In this document: in pieces, positions 4,716 to 14,934 of the stretch
Position numbering within the stretch: position 1 is the stretch's first letter
Layout: each line of letters begins with the position of its first letter
DNA from: Kiritimatiellia bacterium
GTDB taxonomy: Bacteria > Verrucomicrobiota > Kiritimatiellia > RFP12 > UBA1067
Assembly (NCBI GenBank): GCA_017628025.1
Contig: JAGBZX010000025.1
Location: 1-61,413, forward strand
Direction of reading: 5' to 3'
DNA length: 61,413 nt
Made by a program: the position numbers and the translations under genes
Notes under the pieces: model-generated
The model's database searches: none
Seen by the model: the letters and a program-made list of their open reading frames with translations, nothing else
Told to the model about the DNA's origin: nothing

Positions 4716-6146
4716 TTATTTGCCAAGAATTTTTTCAAAGTATGGCAGAACTGCATCACGCCAAACCGCATAACCCTTGGGGTTAGTATGAAGAAGGTCT
4801 TCCATATAAATCTTAGTGTTGCCCTTCTCATCAACTAGTTTATCGTTAAAATCAACCCAGATCACATTCTCTCCATCAGCAAAAGTTTTAGTAATTTTGT
4901 TAACCGCTTCGTTTCTTATACGGTTTTTATCCTCACTCGACGCGCCGCGAGGAAAGATCGGAAGCAAAAGCACTTTTGCTTCTGCGTGTTTAGAACGAAT
5001 AACCTCTAAAATGCGCTTTGTGCCTTCTGCAATATCACTAGGCTTATCTCTACCATTATTAGTGCCAATCATCAACATGAATAATTTAGCCTTATATCCT
5101 TCAAGCTCTCCATACATCATTCTCCAAAGAACATGCTGCGTGCGATCACTACCATAACCAAGATTAAGAATAGAATACCTTTTCTTTAGTTCTGCAAAAA
5201 GAGCTACGCCTTCACCGCCTTTACGCTCCCAGCGATGCGTAATAGAATCTCCTACAAATACTAAATCATATTCCTTTGGACCATTGATAATTTCATTTCT
5301 CTTTTCAAGTGTGCGAGTTTTCCACCAAGGTGATTTTGCAAAAAAGTTCGTTGGTTTTATCGGCGCAGGAATTTTGTTGGATTTCTTAGGCGCAACTCTA
5401 CCTTTGACGACTGCTCCCTTAGGAGCATTAAGCGCGCGATCTATAATTGGCACCAATTCTTTAGCTATGACTTCATAACCATAATCATTAGGATGAAGAC
5501 GATCATTCATAAATTTCTTTGTATCGCCCTTTTCATCAACAAGCTTATCATTAAAATCACACCAGATTACCTTCTTCCCATCACAAAACTCAACGATAAC
5601 TTCATTTACAACTTTATTGCGCTTCCGAACTGCATCAGAATCTGACGCGCCTGATGGATAGATGGCCGTAAGCAGAATTCTCGCCTCTGGCTGTTTTTGC
5701 TTTATAATTTCGAGGATTTTCTTTATACCATGAATCGTATCAATTGGTGGCTCTTTCTCAAATGAATGGTGACCCGCGTTATTGCATCCAATTAATAAAA
5801 CTACAACCTTTGCTTTGTAGCCATCAAGTTCACGACCTTGCGTTATGCGCCAAATAACATGCTCCGTCCTGTCCCCCGAGACACCTAAATTAAGAGCCTT
5901 GCGAGGGCCATCAACGAAGTTATCTTTCCAAGATTGCTTCTGTTCCCAAAAATGCGTAATACTATCGCCGATAAATACAACATTAGCGACACTGCTAGTT
6001 ATACTATTAAGAAATTGTTCGTGACGCTTTAATTGCCAAGCATCTTTTTTATCACCCCATTTATTAGGTGTTACCGCACGAATATCTGCATGCAATGACG
6101 AAGCTAAAACTAAAGACAAAACAAACACGAAGCGCGTAAAATTCAT
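4716..6146 (-). CDS. Secreted tandem SGNH/GDSL hydrolase (two PAF-acetylhydrolase-like esterase domains)
   Basis: Signal peptide. GDSITHFWE and GDSITHRWE, G(V/Y)SGDRT, IGCNN/IGTNN and LHPN/LHTN blocks each occur twice. Confidence 0.8.
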   Translation of the reverse strand: MNFTRFVFVLSLVLASSLHADIRAVTPNKWGDKKDAWQLKRHEQFLNSITSSVANVVFIGDSITHFWEQKQSWKDNFVDGPRKALNLGVSGDRTEHVIWRITQGRELDGYKAKVVVLLIGCNNAGHHSFEKEPPIDTIHGIKKILEIIKQKQPEARILLTAIYPSGASDSDAVRKRNKVVNEVIVEFCDGKKVIWCDFNDKLVDEKGDTKKFMNDRLHPNDYGYEVIAKELVPIIDRALNAPKGAVVKGRVAPKKSNKIPAPIKPTNFFAKSPWWKTRTLEKRNEIINGPKEYDLVFVGDSITHRWERKGGEGVALFAELKKRYSILNLGYGSDRTQHVLWRMMYGELEGYKAKLFMLMIGTNNGRDKPSDIAEGTKRILEVIRSKHAEAKVLLLPIFPRGASSEDKNRIRNEAVNKITKTFADGENVIWVDFNDKLVDEKGNTKIYMEDLLHTNPKGYAVWRDAVLPYFEKILGK

Positions 6147-6166
6147 AACTGATGCTCCTTTAAAAA

Positions 6167-6240
6167 TGGTTGTCCGGCCTGGATTCGAACCAGGACTAAG
6201 GGTATCAAAAACCCCTGTGCGGCCACTACACCACCGGACA
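6167..6240 (-). tRNA. tRNA-Gln (anticodon UUG), CCA encoded
   Basis: Cloverleaf folded by hand: acceptor TGTCCGG/CCGGACA, anticodon stem GGGGT/ACCCT with loop TTTTGAT, T arm CCTGG-TTCGAAT-CCAGG. Confidence 0.85.
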
Positions 6241-7008
6241 ATCGCAAAGCAATTTAGTGCGTATTATATCATATTCTACACCATTTGGTATAGATAAATT
6301 ATTGGCAAATCCAAAAACCGTAGCTCCAGAGCCTGACATCCTAGCCATTTCTGCGCCCGCGCCTTTAAGAAATTCAAGAGCCTCTCCTATTTTTGGATAC
6401 AAATCTATCGCCGCATTTTCTAACTTATTTGGACCAAAGGACGGTTTGTTTTTATAATTTTGAAACACTAATTTTGTTGACGAATGAACGCGAGGATTGA
6501 CTAAATAAACATCTTTATTAGGCAACTCTGAAGGACGAGAGATACATTCAACTAATTCTCCTCGCCCGCGCATTAAAACTGCAGAACGGTAATGTTGTGC
6601 CAAAACTAGCGCAGGAACATCGCTACCAACAAAAGCGGCTACCTGAGCTAATTCTTCTGGCGAGCATCCTAGGTTAAACATTTGATTTAGTAGCCGCAAG
6701 ACAGCAGCAGCATCTGCGCTACCACCACCTAAACCTCCACCAACAGGAATCTTCTTGTCAACATTAATATCAACTCCACTCATTAGTGAGGAAGGCTTAT
6801 ATGACTTAAGTGCTTGATATGCCTTAATACACAAGTCATCCTTGTAACCCAAATTAGAAGTCACAAGCGAGTCATTTCTTTTAATAATCTCAATAGTATC
6901 ATTAAGCTCGATTGGCAAAACAATCGAGCTTAATTCATGGTATCCATCTTCCCTCACGCCCAATATATCAAGCGTGAGGTTTACCTTAGCATAAGCTAAT
7001 ATTTTCAC
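6226..7008 (-). CDS. ispE: 4-diphosphocytidyl-2-C-methyl-D-erythritol kinase
   Basis: KVNLTLDILGVREDGYHEL and GGGLGGGSADAAAVL GHMP-kinase motifs. 260 aa. Confidence 0.85.
   Translation of the reverse strand: MKILAYAKVNLTLDILGVREDGYHELSSIVLPIELNDTIEIIKRNDSLVTSNLGYKDDLCIKAYQALKSYKPSSLMSGVDINVDKKIPVGGGLGGGSADAAAVLRLLNQMFNLGCSPEELAQVAAFVGSDVPALVLAQHYRSAVLMRGRGELVECISRPSELPNKDVYLVNPRVHSSTKLVFQNYKNKPSFGPNKLENAAIDLYPKIGEALEFLKGAGAEMARMSGSGATVFGFANNLSIPNGVEYDIIRTKLLCDCPVV
6257..6271 (-). promoter_or_regulatory. Stable-RNA type promoter TGATATAATACGCAC for tRNA-Gln, embedded in the ispE 3' coding end
   Basis: Identical 15-mer upstream of rpmJ (54611-54625). The -10 hexamer ends 22 nt before the tRNA 5' end. 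Confidence 0.6.
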
Positions 7009-8357
7009 TTCTGGATCTGGACTTTCTTCATCATTTGCATCATTGCAATACCAGAGGCTGCAGGTCCAATCGCTTTAATTTCATCAGCAGAAATGCGGAT
7101 AAGCGACTCGTGCTTGTTACCCTTCTTCGTTGAATACCACGCTATACCAGCAGAATTATCCTGCGGCAGAACATCAAAGACGAGCGTTTTTATTTGCTCA
7201 CGCTCTGCCGATTCAACATTCTCAAGTATCACGCTCTCCAATGCCTTTAAAAGAGAATTTACCGAAACGAAACCGACGAGATAATTGTTCGCTTTCTGAA
7301 TTTCTGGCAACGTATTTATTAGGCGGCTAGAAATCGCAGCGCTAGGCTTATAATTTCTAACTGTCACGGTCGTGCGCTTCATGGAAGGAGCCTCAACAGC
7401 GGAGGATTTAAGAGCTTCAAAATCAGCACGAAGGACATCGCAATTTACCTTACCACTGCACTTGGCTTCTTTTATGCTCTTAACGCCCGAAAGTAAAGAC
7501 TTGGGGTCTATTGTTATATCAACGAAGCCTTCATTGCATACAAAAGAAATAAACGAAGAAATATCTATGCCATTTTTCTTTAACGTTTCAATGATTTTAT
7601 CGCATCCAACCTTTTTAGAATTAGCCCCCTTATTCATCGCTATCATGTAAAGCGCATCACTGGGGATATTTGAAAGAATTGAATTATCCAACAATTTATC
7701 GCCGATTTTATCTAAGTTTGAACCCTTTACAACAGTCATAAAATGACGAATATCAATGCCAGCGTTCGTCATTTTTAAAGAGAAATCGAAACTATCAACA
7801 TTCTTTAAAAGCTCTGCTTTTGCATGAGAGTTAAGTTCGGACTGCTCTAAAGCACGGCGAGTTACCTTAGCGCGAATGATATCCTTACCAATTTTCTTTT
7901 CAGCTAGCTTCGTGTATTTTAGTATCGCACGAGCACGGCGGGGATCAGATGAAACTCCTACCCAATCTCCTGACTTAGCAAACACTGCATATAATTCATT
8001 GGATACTTTAATAACACCGTTTGACTCTACAGCATCTGGGTTGTTTTGTAAAATTTCAGCCTTTGTAGAGGCAACTGGATAAAGGCAACCGCCGCAAATC
8101 TCACCATGATCAATTATTCCAACAATCATGGCACCGACACCAGTGCGTGACTCGCCGAAAATCATCGCTAAAGGATTGCTAGAGATTGCCTGCGTCGCCA
8201 TCATGCTCAGCATAGGATTACCTAGCATCATACCTAAATTTGAAATATTTTCGACAAGCGTTTGCGTGTCATTTAACTTTACGTAACCTGCCAACTCATC
8301 CTTTGCAGAAAGCTGCAACGAGAAGCAAATCGCGACAAACATTAATATTCTTTTCAT
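7005..8357 (-). CDS. Hypothetical secreted protein
   Basis: 450-aa ORF with a signal peptide and a GGAG SD. ATGA overlap with ispE. No family recognised. Confidence 0.6.
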   Translation of the reverse strand: MKRILMFVAICFSLQLSAKDELAGYVKLNDTQTLVENISNLGMMLGNPMLSMMATQAISSNPLAMIFGESRTGVGAMIVGIIDHGEICGGCLYPVASTKAEILQNNPDAVESNGVIKVSNELYAVFAKSGDWVGVSSDPRRARAILKYTKLAEKKIGKDIIRAKVTRRALEQSELNSHAKAELLKNVDSFDFSLKMTNAGIDIRHFMTVVKGSNLDKIGDKLLDNSILSNIPSDALYMIAMNKGANSKKVGCDKIIETLKKNGIDISSFISFVCNEGFVDITIDPKSLLSGVKSIKEAKCSGKVNCDVLRADFEALKSSAVEAPSMKRTTVTVRNYKPSAAISSRLINTLPEIQKANNYLVGFVSVNSLLKALESVILENVESAEREQIKTLVFDVLPQDNSAGIAWYSTKKGNKHESLIRISADEIKAIGPAASGIAMMQMMKKVQIQK

Positions 8358-8452
8358 TTTATTCTCCTCAACTTATGGTATATGCGTATTATGATATCAT
8401 TTTACATTTATATTTGTCAATGCAAAATAAATTCTTTGTAAAACCTCATAGT

Positions 8453-8463
8453 TGTGATATAAT
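8453..8463 (+). promoter_or_regulatory. Extended -10 promoter TGTGATATAAT for the 872-aa glycosidase-like gene
   Basis: About 28 nt upstream of ATG 8491. An AGGAGG SD lies between them. Confidence 0.55.
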
Positions 8464-8490
8464 TCACATAATACTAATTAGGAGGATGAT

Positions 8491-11109
8491 ATGAAATTAA
8501 TAACAACTACCATTCTTGCGCTCATTTCACTATTATCATTTGCTGCGCAAGACAAAAAAACAGTTAAACCCAAAACACCCGCTCAAATAATACAAGAGAA
8601 ACTTGATGCAATTGATGAGAAAATGAAAAAAGAAAATTGCATTAGTAATTTCTCTTGTTGGAACGGCTATTTCTGTCGCAAATGGAATACTTGCCCCTCT
8701 GGCCCTTTATCACAAGATAAATTAGATGCTATTAGCGATCGCTACATTGAGTTAATTGAGGAAAAGTTAAAAATCGCTCCTAATAGCATACCCGTCAAAC
8801 TTGAATATATTGAAGCTCTAATGTTTAGAAGCTTCTACCCGAAAGCCTTAGCCGTCTGTAACGATGTTGTTCTAAGTCTTTCAAAAGGAAAACGTCCAAA
8901 TGGTCGTTATGTTGCTGCCGCCAAATATCGCTTAGCAGAAATTCAATTCGCAACGGGCGACAAGGAAGCAGCCCTAAAAACCCTTAAATCTCTCATTGAT
9001 GCCAAAATCAACACTTCTCACCGCTATCAAGTAAATTGGTCTGCCTTGGCAAATTGCGCATATCAATTTCTTTCTGGCGCCACGCCTTGCGCTCTCAATC
9101 TTCCTGTTTGGTCTGGCGCAAAAGCTTATCCAGAGCCTCAAATCTCGACATACACAGAAAAATTCGCTCCTCTTACTAGTGTAAAAATAAAACTGAATAA
9201 TCTCTGCCCTAAAGACGCGCGAGTAAACCTCCTTGTCCGCAAACTCAAAGCTCGTGGAATTAACGCTTCTATTGACAGCAAAGGCGAATATGAAATAACT
9301 CTTTCACTTGATGACAACGCCAAAGTCGACAAGAGCGAAGGCTATACTCTTGATATTTCAGAAAAAAGCGCTATCGTGAAAGCTCGCGATCTCCAAGGCA
9401 TTCTTTGGGGCGTCGTCTCTTTCGTCCAATGCTTATCTAATACAGAGAAATCTGTGCGCATTTGCTCTATTGAAGACTGGCCTTCGACTAGTTGGCGCGG
9501 ATACGAGTCTGTACCTCTTTGGGCTCACACCACAGAATACACAATTTTCAGCAAGTTGAACTATGCCGTTATTCAGCGCTATCCGATGGATTATGGCAAT
9601 GACTCACCTCTCAATGTCTTCCAGTGCGAAAGTCTTGCTAAGGAATTCAAAGATTTCGGTCTAAGGCTCTGCTTTGGCATCTCAAATCACACAATGGGGC
9701 TTAACTGGCCCTACTTATCAGAGCCCATCGTAAATATGCATATTGACCGCTGCTCAACATTTGCAAAAATGGGCGCCAACGTTTATTACCCAAATGACGA
9801 CAGCCGCTATCCAGCCCATCCTGATGATCTTAAAAAAGGATTAAGACCTTCTGACTTCGATGCTAAACACGTTGATAAAGTCTTCCGCGCTGTAAAAGCA
9901 AAATATCCTCACTTTAAAATGATTTACTGCCCGCCCTTCTACTGGGGCCCTGATTCAAGCGCACCATATCCTGATGATAGAGAAAAATATCTCAAGAGCA
10001 TGCGCATATTCCACGAAGAAATTGATATTTTCTGGACTGGCGGTCAGGTTAAAGGTTATAACAAATCAAAACGCCAAGTTGATTGGTTTAAAAATTTAAC
10101 TGGCCAAAAGCCAGCTATCGGCCAAAATGGCACAGGACCTCATAATCTTTTAACCTACATCGTCGACGAAACTGATTGGAATGGTTGGCACTACCCCGGG
10201 TTCTTTGAAAATGACATAAAAGCATTTCTTAAAAACTCACACCTTCCAATAGAATGCCCTCAGCTTTCTACGCTTGGTGACTGCCTTTGGAACCCAAAGG
10301 GCTATGACAAGAAAAGATCCGTTCAAAATGCCGTTGCCCAGTTACTTGGCAAGGACATGTATTCTATCCTAAAACCAGGCCGCGATGCTCTTACTTACTT
10401 TGACAAATACAAGTACGGTCAAGTTACCGCTGACATACTTTTTGAAGACATAAATGATCTTCGTAAAAAACATGAAATAGCCAGCAACAGTTGGGAACAG
10501 GCTATAAAATACAATCCACAAGTTCGCGCATATGGGCACTTTGGCTCAGCCGTTTCGTTTGTGGCAAAAGCAGTGAAATCAGCAGCAAACCCACCTGACT
10601 TTATGAAAAAATTCGCCCAGTATACTGGACCAGCTAGAGAAGTAGCAGAAAAAGAAACTAACTTCGATAAAACTAAAGGCGATATGCTTTTCTTGCCTAC
10701 TGATATGACTGGTCCATTTAATACTTATTACAATCATAAGTCATTAAAGGATCATCGTTTTATTAAATGCATTCGAGCCAAAGATACGCAGTTCTCCGAA
10801 ACTCAGCTCAGTTTTGAATGCGATCCATTCCCGCCTGCCGGTGATTATGAACTAATTATCTGTGCGCTTGATGATGAAGTAAAAGGCTTTAACCCGATGG
10901 AGATTTCAGTTAATGATACTGTATTCTACTCTGATGTCCCAGAATTTGCAGAGCACGGCTATAGCATAAAGAAGTTTCGTATACCTGCTACTTTAATGAA
11001 AAGGTATAACAAACTTAAAATTAAAAACACAGCTTCTGGAGCTAACTCAAACGGGCCTCCCTACTTTGCTATCGCCTATGTAGTGATCAAAAAGACTGGC
11101 GAAAAATAA
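8491..11109 (+). CDS. Secreted large glycoside-hydrolase-like protein (GH20b-type N-domain plus GH84-like beta-N-acetylglucosaminidase core, tentative)
   Basis: Signal peptide. EGYTLDISEKSAIVKARDLQGILWGVVSFVQ resembles the GH20b/GH84 N-domain. Also contains NDD and YCPPFYWG segments. No search was run. Confidence 0.4.
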   Translation: MKLITTTILALISLLSFAAQDKKTVKPKTPAQIIQEKLDAIDEKMKKENCISNFSCWNGYFCRKWNTCPSGPLSQDKLDAISDRYIELIEEKLKIAPNSIPVKLEYIEALMFRSFYPKALAVCNDVVLSLSKGKRPNGRYVAAAKYRLAEIQFATGDKEAALKTLKSLIDAKINTSHRYQVNWSALANCAYQFLSGATPCALNLPVWSGAKAYPEPQISTYTEKFAPLTSVKIKLNNLCPKDARVNLLVRKLKARGINASIDSKGEYEITLSLDDNAKVDKSEGYTLDISEKSAIVKARDLQGILWGVVSFVQCLSNTEKSVRICSIEDWPSTSWRGYESVPLWAHTTEYTIFSKLNYAVIQRYPMDYGNDSPLNVFQCESLAKEFKDFGLRLCFGISNHTMGLNWPYLSEPIVNMHIDRCSTFAKMGANVYYPNDDSRYPAHPDDLKKGLRPSDFDAKHVDKVFRAVKAKYPHFKMIYCPPFYWGPDSSAPYPDDREKYLKSMRIFHEEIDIFWTGGQVKGYNKSKRQVDWFKNLTGQKPAIGQNGTGPHNLLTYIVDETDWNGWHYPGFFENDIKAFLKNSHLPIECPQLSTLGDCLWNPKGYDKKRSVQNAVAQLLGKDMYSILKPGRDALTYFDKYKYGQVTADILFEDINDLRKKHEIASNSWEQAIKYNPQVRAYGHFGSAVSFVAKAVKSAANPPDFMKKFAQYTGPAREVAEKETNFDKTKGDMLFLPTDMTGPFNTYYNHKSLKDHRFIKCIRAKDTQFSETQLSFECDPFPPAGDYELIICALDDEVKGFNPMEISVNDTVFYSDVPEFAEHGYSIKKFRIPATLMKRYNKLKIKNTASGANSNGPPYFAIAYVVIKKTGEK

Positions 11110-11110
11110 C

Positions 11111-11884
11111 TTGTCTAAAATGAAAGCATTAACTGATATACTTTCGGAAGTTCAGGAGAAAATTGCCGCGGCCGCCGCTCGCGCTGGTCGCGATGTAAAT
11201 GATGTTGAAATATTGGCTGTTACAAAAACGCACGGCGAAGATGTCGTGCGCGAAGCTTGGCAATCAGGCTTAAGCATAATGGCTGAAAATAAAGTCCAGG
11301 AGGCGGCGTGGAAAAAGCCCGCTTCGCCTTCTGGGCCATCATGGCATCTTATTGGTCACCTACAGACTAACAAGGTACGCCAAGCGCTTTCTCTATTTGA
11401 CTTTATCCATAGCGTTGACTCTATTCGTCTTATTGAAAAATTAAACACCATATCCGAAGAGACTGGAGCTCGCCCTGGGATACTCCTTGAAGTAAATGTT
11501 AGCGGAGAAAGTTCTAAAACTGGCATGTCTCCAAATGAAGTTGACAAAGCAGTAGAGTTACTCTTAACTTCTCCTCGTCTTTCATTTGAAGGCTTTATGA
11601 CCATGGCGCCATTTAGCGATAATCCAGAGGACTCACGACCTTTTTTTAGAAGGCTTCGCCAACTAAGAGACGATGTTGAAAAAAGATTTTCACTATCGCT
11701 ACCTCGCCTTTCGATGGGCATGAGTAATGACTATGAAGTAGCAGTAGAAGAAGGTGCTACATGGTTAAGACTTGGCACAGTGCTTTTCGGCGAACGCCCA
11801 AAAATCACTAAAAAAACTAATGTCTCTTTTTCGGGTTTGGACTCATATTCAGGCGAAGGGCCTACATTTAAAATTCTAGATTAA
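11111..11884 (+). CDS. yggS: YggS-family pyridoxal-phosphate homeostasis protein
   Basis: ILAVTKTH, HLIGHLQTNKV and MGMSNDYEVAVEEGATWLRLGTVLFG motifs. Confidence 0.85.
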   Translation: MSKMKALTDILSEVQEKIAAAAARAGRDVNDVEILAVTKTHGEDVVREAWQSGLSIMAENKVQEAAWKKPASPSGPSWHLIGHLQTNKVRQALSLFDFIHSVDSIRLIEKLNTISEETGARPGILLEVNVSGESSKTGMSPNEVDKAVELLLTSPRLSFEGFMTMAPFSDNPEDSRPFFRRLRQLRDDVEKRFSLSLPRLSMGMSNDYEVAVEEGATWLRLGTVLFGERPKITKKTNVSFSGLDSYSGEGPTFKILD

Positions 11885-11885
11885 T

Positions 11886-12881
11886 ATGAACCGCAGAGAA
11901 TTCTTAGCGTTAGCAACGTGTGCAGCAACATTTACGAAAGGTTATACTGCAAATGCAGATAAATCTTTAATCGCAGACATCAAAGAAGCCGTTGAGTTAT
12001 TCGAGTCTACAACAATGTTTGACTACGAAAAACGCCTCGGTGCTTTAGAAAAAGCTCAGCGCGTCATATACGCGATGAAAACAGGCGTTCCCTTCTTAAA
12101 GCATCAATCCGCAGGCCTTTCTCTTTCCGAAGAGGACGTTGCAAAGACCCATGCTCTTCATCCAGCTCTTTGGTGGTATGACAGAGCTTTTGAAAAAGTT
12201 CTTAAAGAATTTCAAGAGACAAAAGTCACTACCAATAAGCCTGCTATTTGGTATATCTATAACATGGGTATCGTAGTAAAAACCAGCACCGTCTCGTTTT
12301 CTATCGATCTTAGCCATAGACAAGGCGTAAAGTTCGCTCCGCTTCTTGACTTTGCTCTTACTACTCATAGTCATGGCGACCATTGGTCGCGTGAATTTAC
12401 TAATGCTATGCTGAAAAATGGCAAACACGTAATCTCAAATTTTTTACTTGAGCCAGGCTACTACTTTAAGGGCGATAGAAAAACTTATACTTTTGGTGAT
12501 GTAAAAGTTCATGTAAGTGAAGCTGACCACAATAAAAGACTTTTAAAAGCAATAATGTGTTTTGAAGTTGAATTCGGCGGCGAGAAACCATTTGTTATTT
12601 TCCATTCCGGCGACACTCATAGAGCTTCGTGCTTAAGACCGATAAATCCTAATCCTGATATCTTTATGGGGCATTGCGCTATAGGCCTTAACTTCAATGT
12701 CGCTTACACAACATCTATGCCTGCTAAACTTATGCTACCTTTGCATCATCAGGAGTTAGGCCATCTCGGCGGCAAATATCGCTGCGTTGGCTTCCATGAA
12801 GAACCTAAAAAATATATGAAATCTCTCCCCGAAATTGGCGCTAACACTGCGTTACCAGTGTGGGGAGACAGGATTTGTTAA
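11886..12881 (+). CDS. MBL-fold metallo-hydrolase with a Tat-like signal
   Basis: MNRREFLALATCAA N-terminus. THSHGDHW metal-binding motif. Confidence 0.65.
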   Translation: MNRREFLALATCAATFTKGYTANADKSLIADIKEAVELFESTTMFDYEKRLGALEKAQRVIYAMKTGVPFLKHQSAGLSLSEEDVAKTHALHPALWWYDRAFEKVLKEFQETKVTTNKPAIWYIYNMGIVVKTSTVSFSIDLSHRQGVKFAPLLDFALTTHSHGDHWSREFTNAMLKNGKHVISNFLLEPGYYFKGDRKTYTFGDVKVHVSEADHNKRLLKAIMCFEVEFGGEKPFVIFHSGDTHRASCLRPINPNPDIFMGHCAIGLNFNVAYTTSMPAKLMLPLHHQELGHLGGKYRCVGFHEEPKKYMKSLPEIGANTALPVWGDRIC

Positions 12882-13621
12882 GCGTTCTTACGCCACCAAG
12901 ACAAATATTCTATATTGCCTTTTTCTTTGCCTGGGACTGGGGATTGAGCTATGCCCATTAACTCTAGACCAAGTTGAGTAATAGCGAAATTTTTAATTTT
13001 CTCGCATGCTTCTAGCCTTAGAGCTTCGTCGCGCACTAACCCGCCAGGAGCATTGCCCTTTCCTACTTCAAACTGTGGTTTAATTAACGCCACAATATCC
13101 CCATTCGGTAAAAGCACATCAACAATCGGGGGAAGTATCAATTCTAAAGAAATAAACGACACATCCGTCACTGCTAATATTGGTGAGCGCGGCAAATCAG
13201 CGCTCGTCATGAATCTAGCATTAAATTTTTCTTTAACCCAAACTCTTTCATCCGTCCTTAGTTTATAATCAAGTTGATTGGTGCCAACATCAACTGCCAT
13301 GACATACTCTGCGCCGCGTTGTAACAAGCAATCTGTAAATCCACCTGTTGAACTACCAACATCTAAACAAGTCTTACCCTCTGCAGAAAGCCCTTTATCT
13401 CCCCACAAAACAAACGCCCCCTCTAACTTTTCTCCACCGCGAGAAACAAATCTACGAGGGCTTTCTACCTCTATTACAGTTTCTTGAGTTACTTGCCTAG
13501 ATGATTTTCTTTCTACCTGTCCTTCTACGCGAACTTTACCCTCCATTACAAGGGCTTGCGCAAGAGTTCTGCTTGAGGCTAAGCCCCTGTCAACAAGCAT
13601 CACATCTAGGCGTTTTTTCAT
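12878..13621 (-). CDS. tlyA: TlyA-family rRNA 2'-O-methyltransferase
   Basis: N-terminal S4 domain (RLDVMLVDRGLASSRTLAQALVMEGKVRV) plus FtsJ-type methyltransferase (LDVGSSTGGFTDCLL). Confidence 0.85.
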   Translation of the reverse strand: MKKRLDVMLVDRGLASSRTLAQALVMEGKVRVEGQVERKSSRQVTQETVIEVESPRRFVSRGGEKLEGAFVLWGDKGLSAEGKTCLDVGSSTGGFTDCLLQRGAEYVMAVDVGTNQLDYKLRTDERVWVKEKFNARFMTSADLPRSPILAVTDVSFISLELILPPIVDVLLPNGDIVALIKPQFEVGKGNAPGGLVRDEALRLEACEKIKNFAITQLGLELMGIAQSPVPGKEKGNIEYLSWWRKNA

Positions 13622-14934
13622 AGTCCGTCGTTAAGCCACGTAACTTTTCTAATCTGGTCTTGTGAATATGTGCGCACAACTCCAGGCTTTTCTTCTATTG
13701 TGACACCTTGAGAACTCTTGCCCTTATATACGCCAGTAACCTTCTTGCTGACTGTCTCAATTTCAACATTAGGAGTGAATGTGCGTTTTAACTTAACATT
13801 AGCCTGAGAGCGTTTGCCGCGAGAAATATTTGGCTTGCGAGTAGCGACCTTAAACCCTTTGCGTTCTATACGTATTTCATGCTCACCTTCAGGTATGTCT
13901 TCAAGAATAAGAACCTCACTCTTTGTCTCATCATCAGCCCCTGATTTAGTACGCCCAACCAACTTACCATCTAGGTAAACGCTTGCTCCACCAGGAAGCG
14001 TAGTAATACCTAGCGATCCCATCTGGCTTTCTAGAGTGTACATCTTTGAAAACGTCTTATCATGCTCAATCGTGATTTTCTCTGCGATTTTTGTATATCC
14101 TGGTGCTTCTATTTCTACATCATACTCACCAGCTGGCAACTCAATTTGAATAGCACCATTACCCTGGTCTTTACCATTAATTTTGATTCTCGCCTGCGGA
14201 ACTGTTGTAGAAAGTTCAGCTTTGCCAGGCATGCCCGTTAGCGGGATATCAATACTCTGTATGCCTCCAGGCATTACATCTATTACGCGCTTATAATCAG
14301 CGTAGCCAGGCAACTTGAGTGTAATACGTGCCTTACCTTTTGGCACTGTTGTTATTTCAATTGGCGTTTTGCCGCGGCAAACATCCCCTAAATAAACATC
14401 TGCTCCTGATGGAGTAGATGTAATATTGAGTTTACCGGAATCTAACATAAGTTGAATATTACGGACCGCAGGAACGCGATTTTCAAGACGAACCTCGAAC
14501 TTTTTCGTCCCATAACCCGTCTTTGCTAATTCAAATCTATATTGACGTTTAAGCTTGATATCCGTCACAAGCTTTGGTGTAACGCCAAGCGAAACCCCGT
14601 CAAGCGAAAGATCTGCCCCTTCTGGATCGGAGGTAACTAAAAGAATACCCGTCTCAGCTACTAGTTCTGTTTCAATCGGCACATACGAACCTTCTGATAC
14701 AGTAAAAAATTCGTCATACTGATAATAGCCTTGAAGCTCAAGCCTGAGGTGGTAACGGCCTGCTTTTAAGGAGTTGATTGTCGTGGGCGTTACACCATAG
14801 CTCTCTCCATCAATAAAGACTCTCGCATTTCCAGGAGTAGTAGTTATATCGACTCTGGCCGGGCGCGAATCTTCAGATGAAAAAGCCGTCGCTGCAACTA
14901 ATAGAGCAGAAAAAATCGCTACGATATGCCTCAT
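13618..14934 (-). CDS. Secreted protein with multiple PEGA domains
   Basis: Five to six repeats of the pattern P.GA.V(Y/F)(L/I)DG...G.TP...I..GEH.I. Signal peptide present. Confidence 0.75.
   Translation of the reverse strand: MRHIVAIFSALLVAATAFSSEDSRPARVDITTTPGNARVFIDGESYGVTPTTINSLKAGRYHLRLELQGYYQYDEFFTVSEGSYVPIETELVAETGILLVTSDPEGADLSLDGVSLGVTPKLVTDIKLKRQYRFELAKTGYGTKKFEVRLENRVPAVRNIQLMLDSGKLNITSTPSGADVYLGDVCRGKTPIEITTVPKGKARITLKLPGYADYKRVIDVMPGGIQSIDIPLTGMPGKAELSTTVPQARIKINGKDQGNGAIQIELPAGEYDVEIEAPGYTKIAEKITIEHDKTFSKMYTLESQMGSLGITTLPGGASVYLDGKLVGRTKSGADDETKSEVLILEDIPEGEHEIRIERKGFKVATRKPNISRGKRSQANVKLKRTFTPNVEIETVSKKVTGVYKGKSSQGVTIEEKPGVVRTYSQDQIRKVTWLNDGL

Noticed and set aside
4600-4716. 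GC-rich patch and CCCAC-N5-GTGGG hairpin downstream of the SGNH hydrolase, as a possible ncRNA or riboswitch
   Set aside because: I recognised no known RNA family motifs (SRP, 6S, tmRNA, RNase P). The hairpin at 4677-4691 is most simply a weak terminator for the hydrolase gene. Evidence is insufficient to call a feature.
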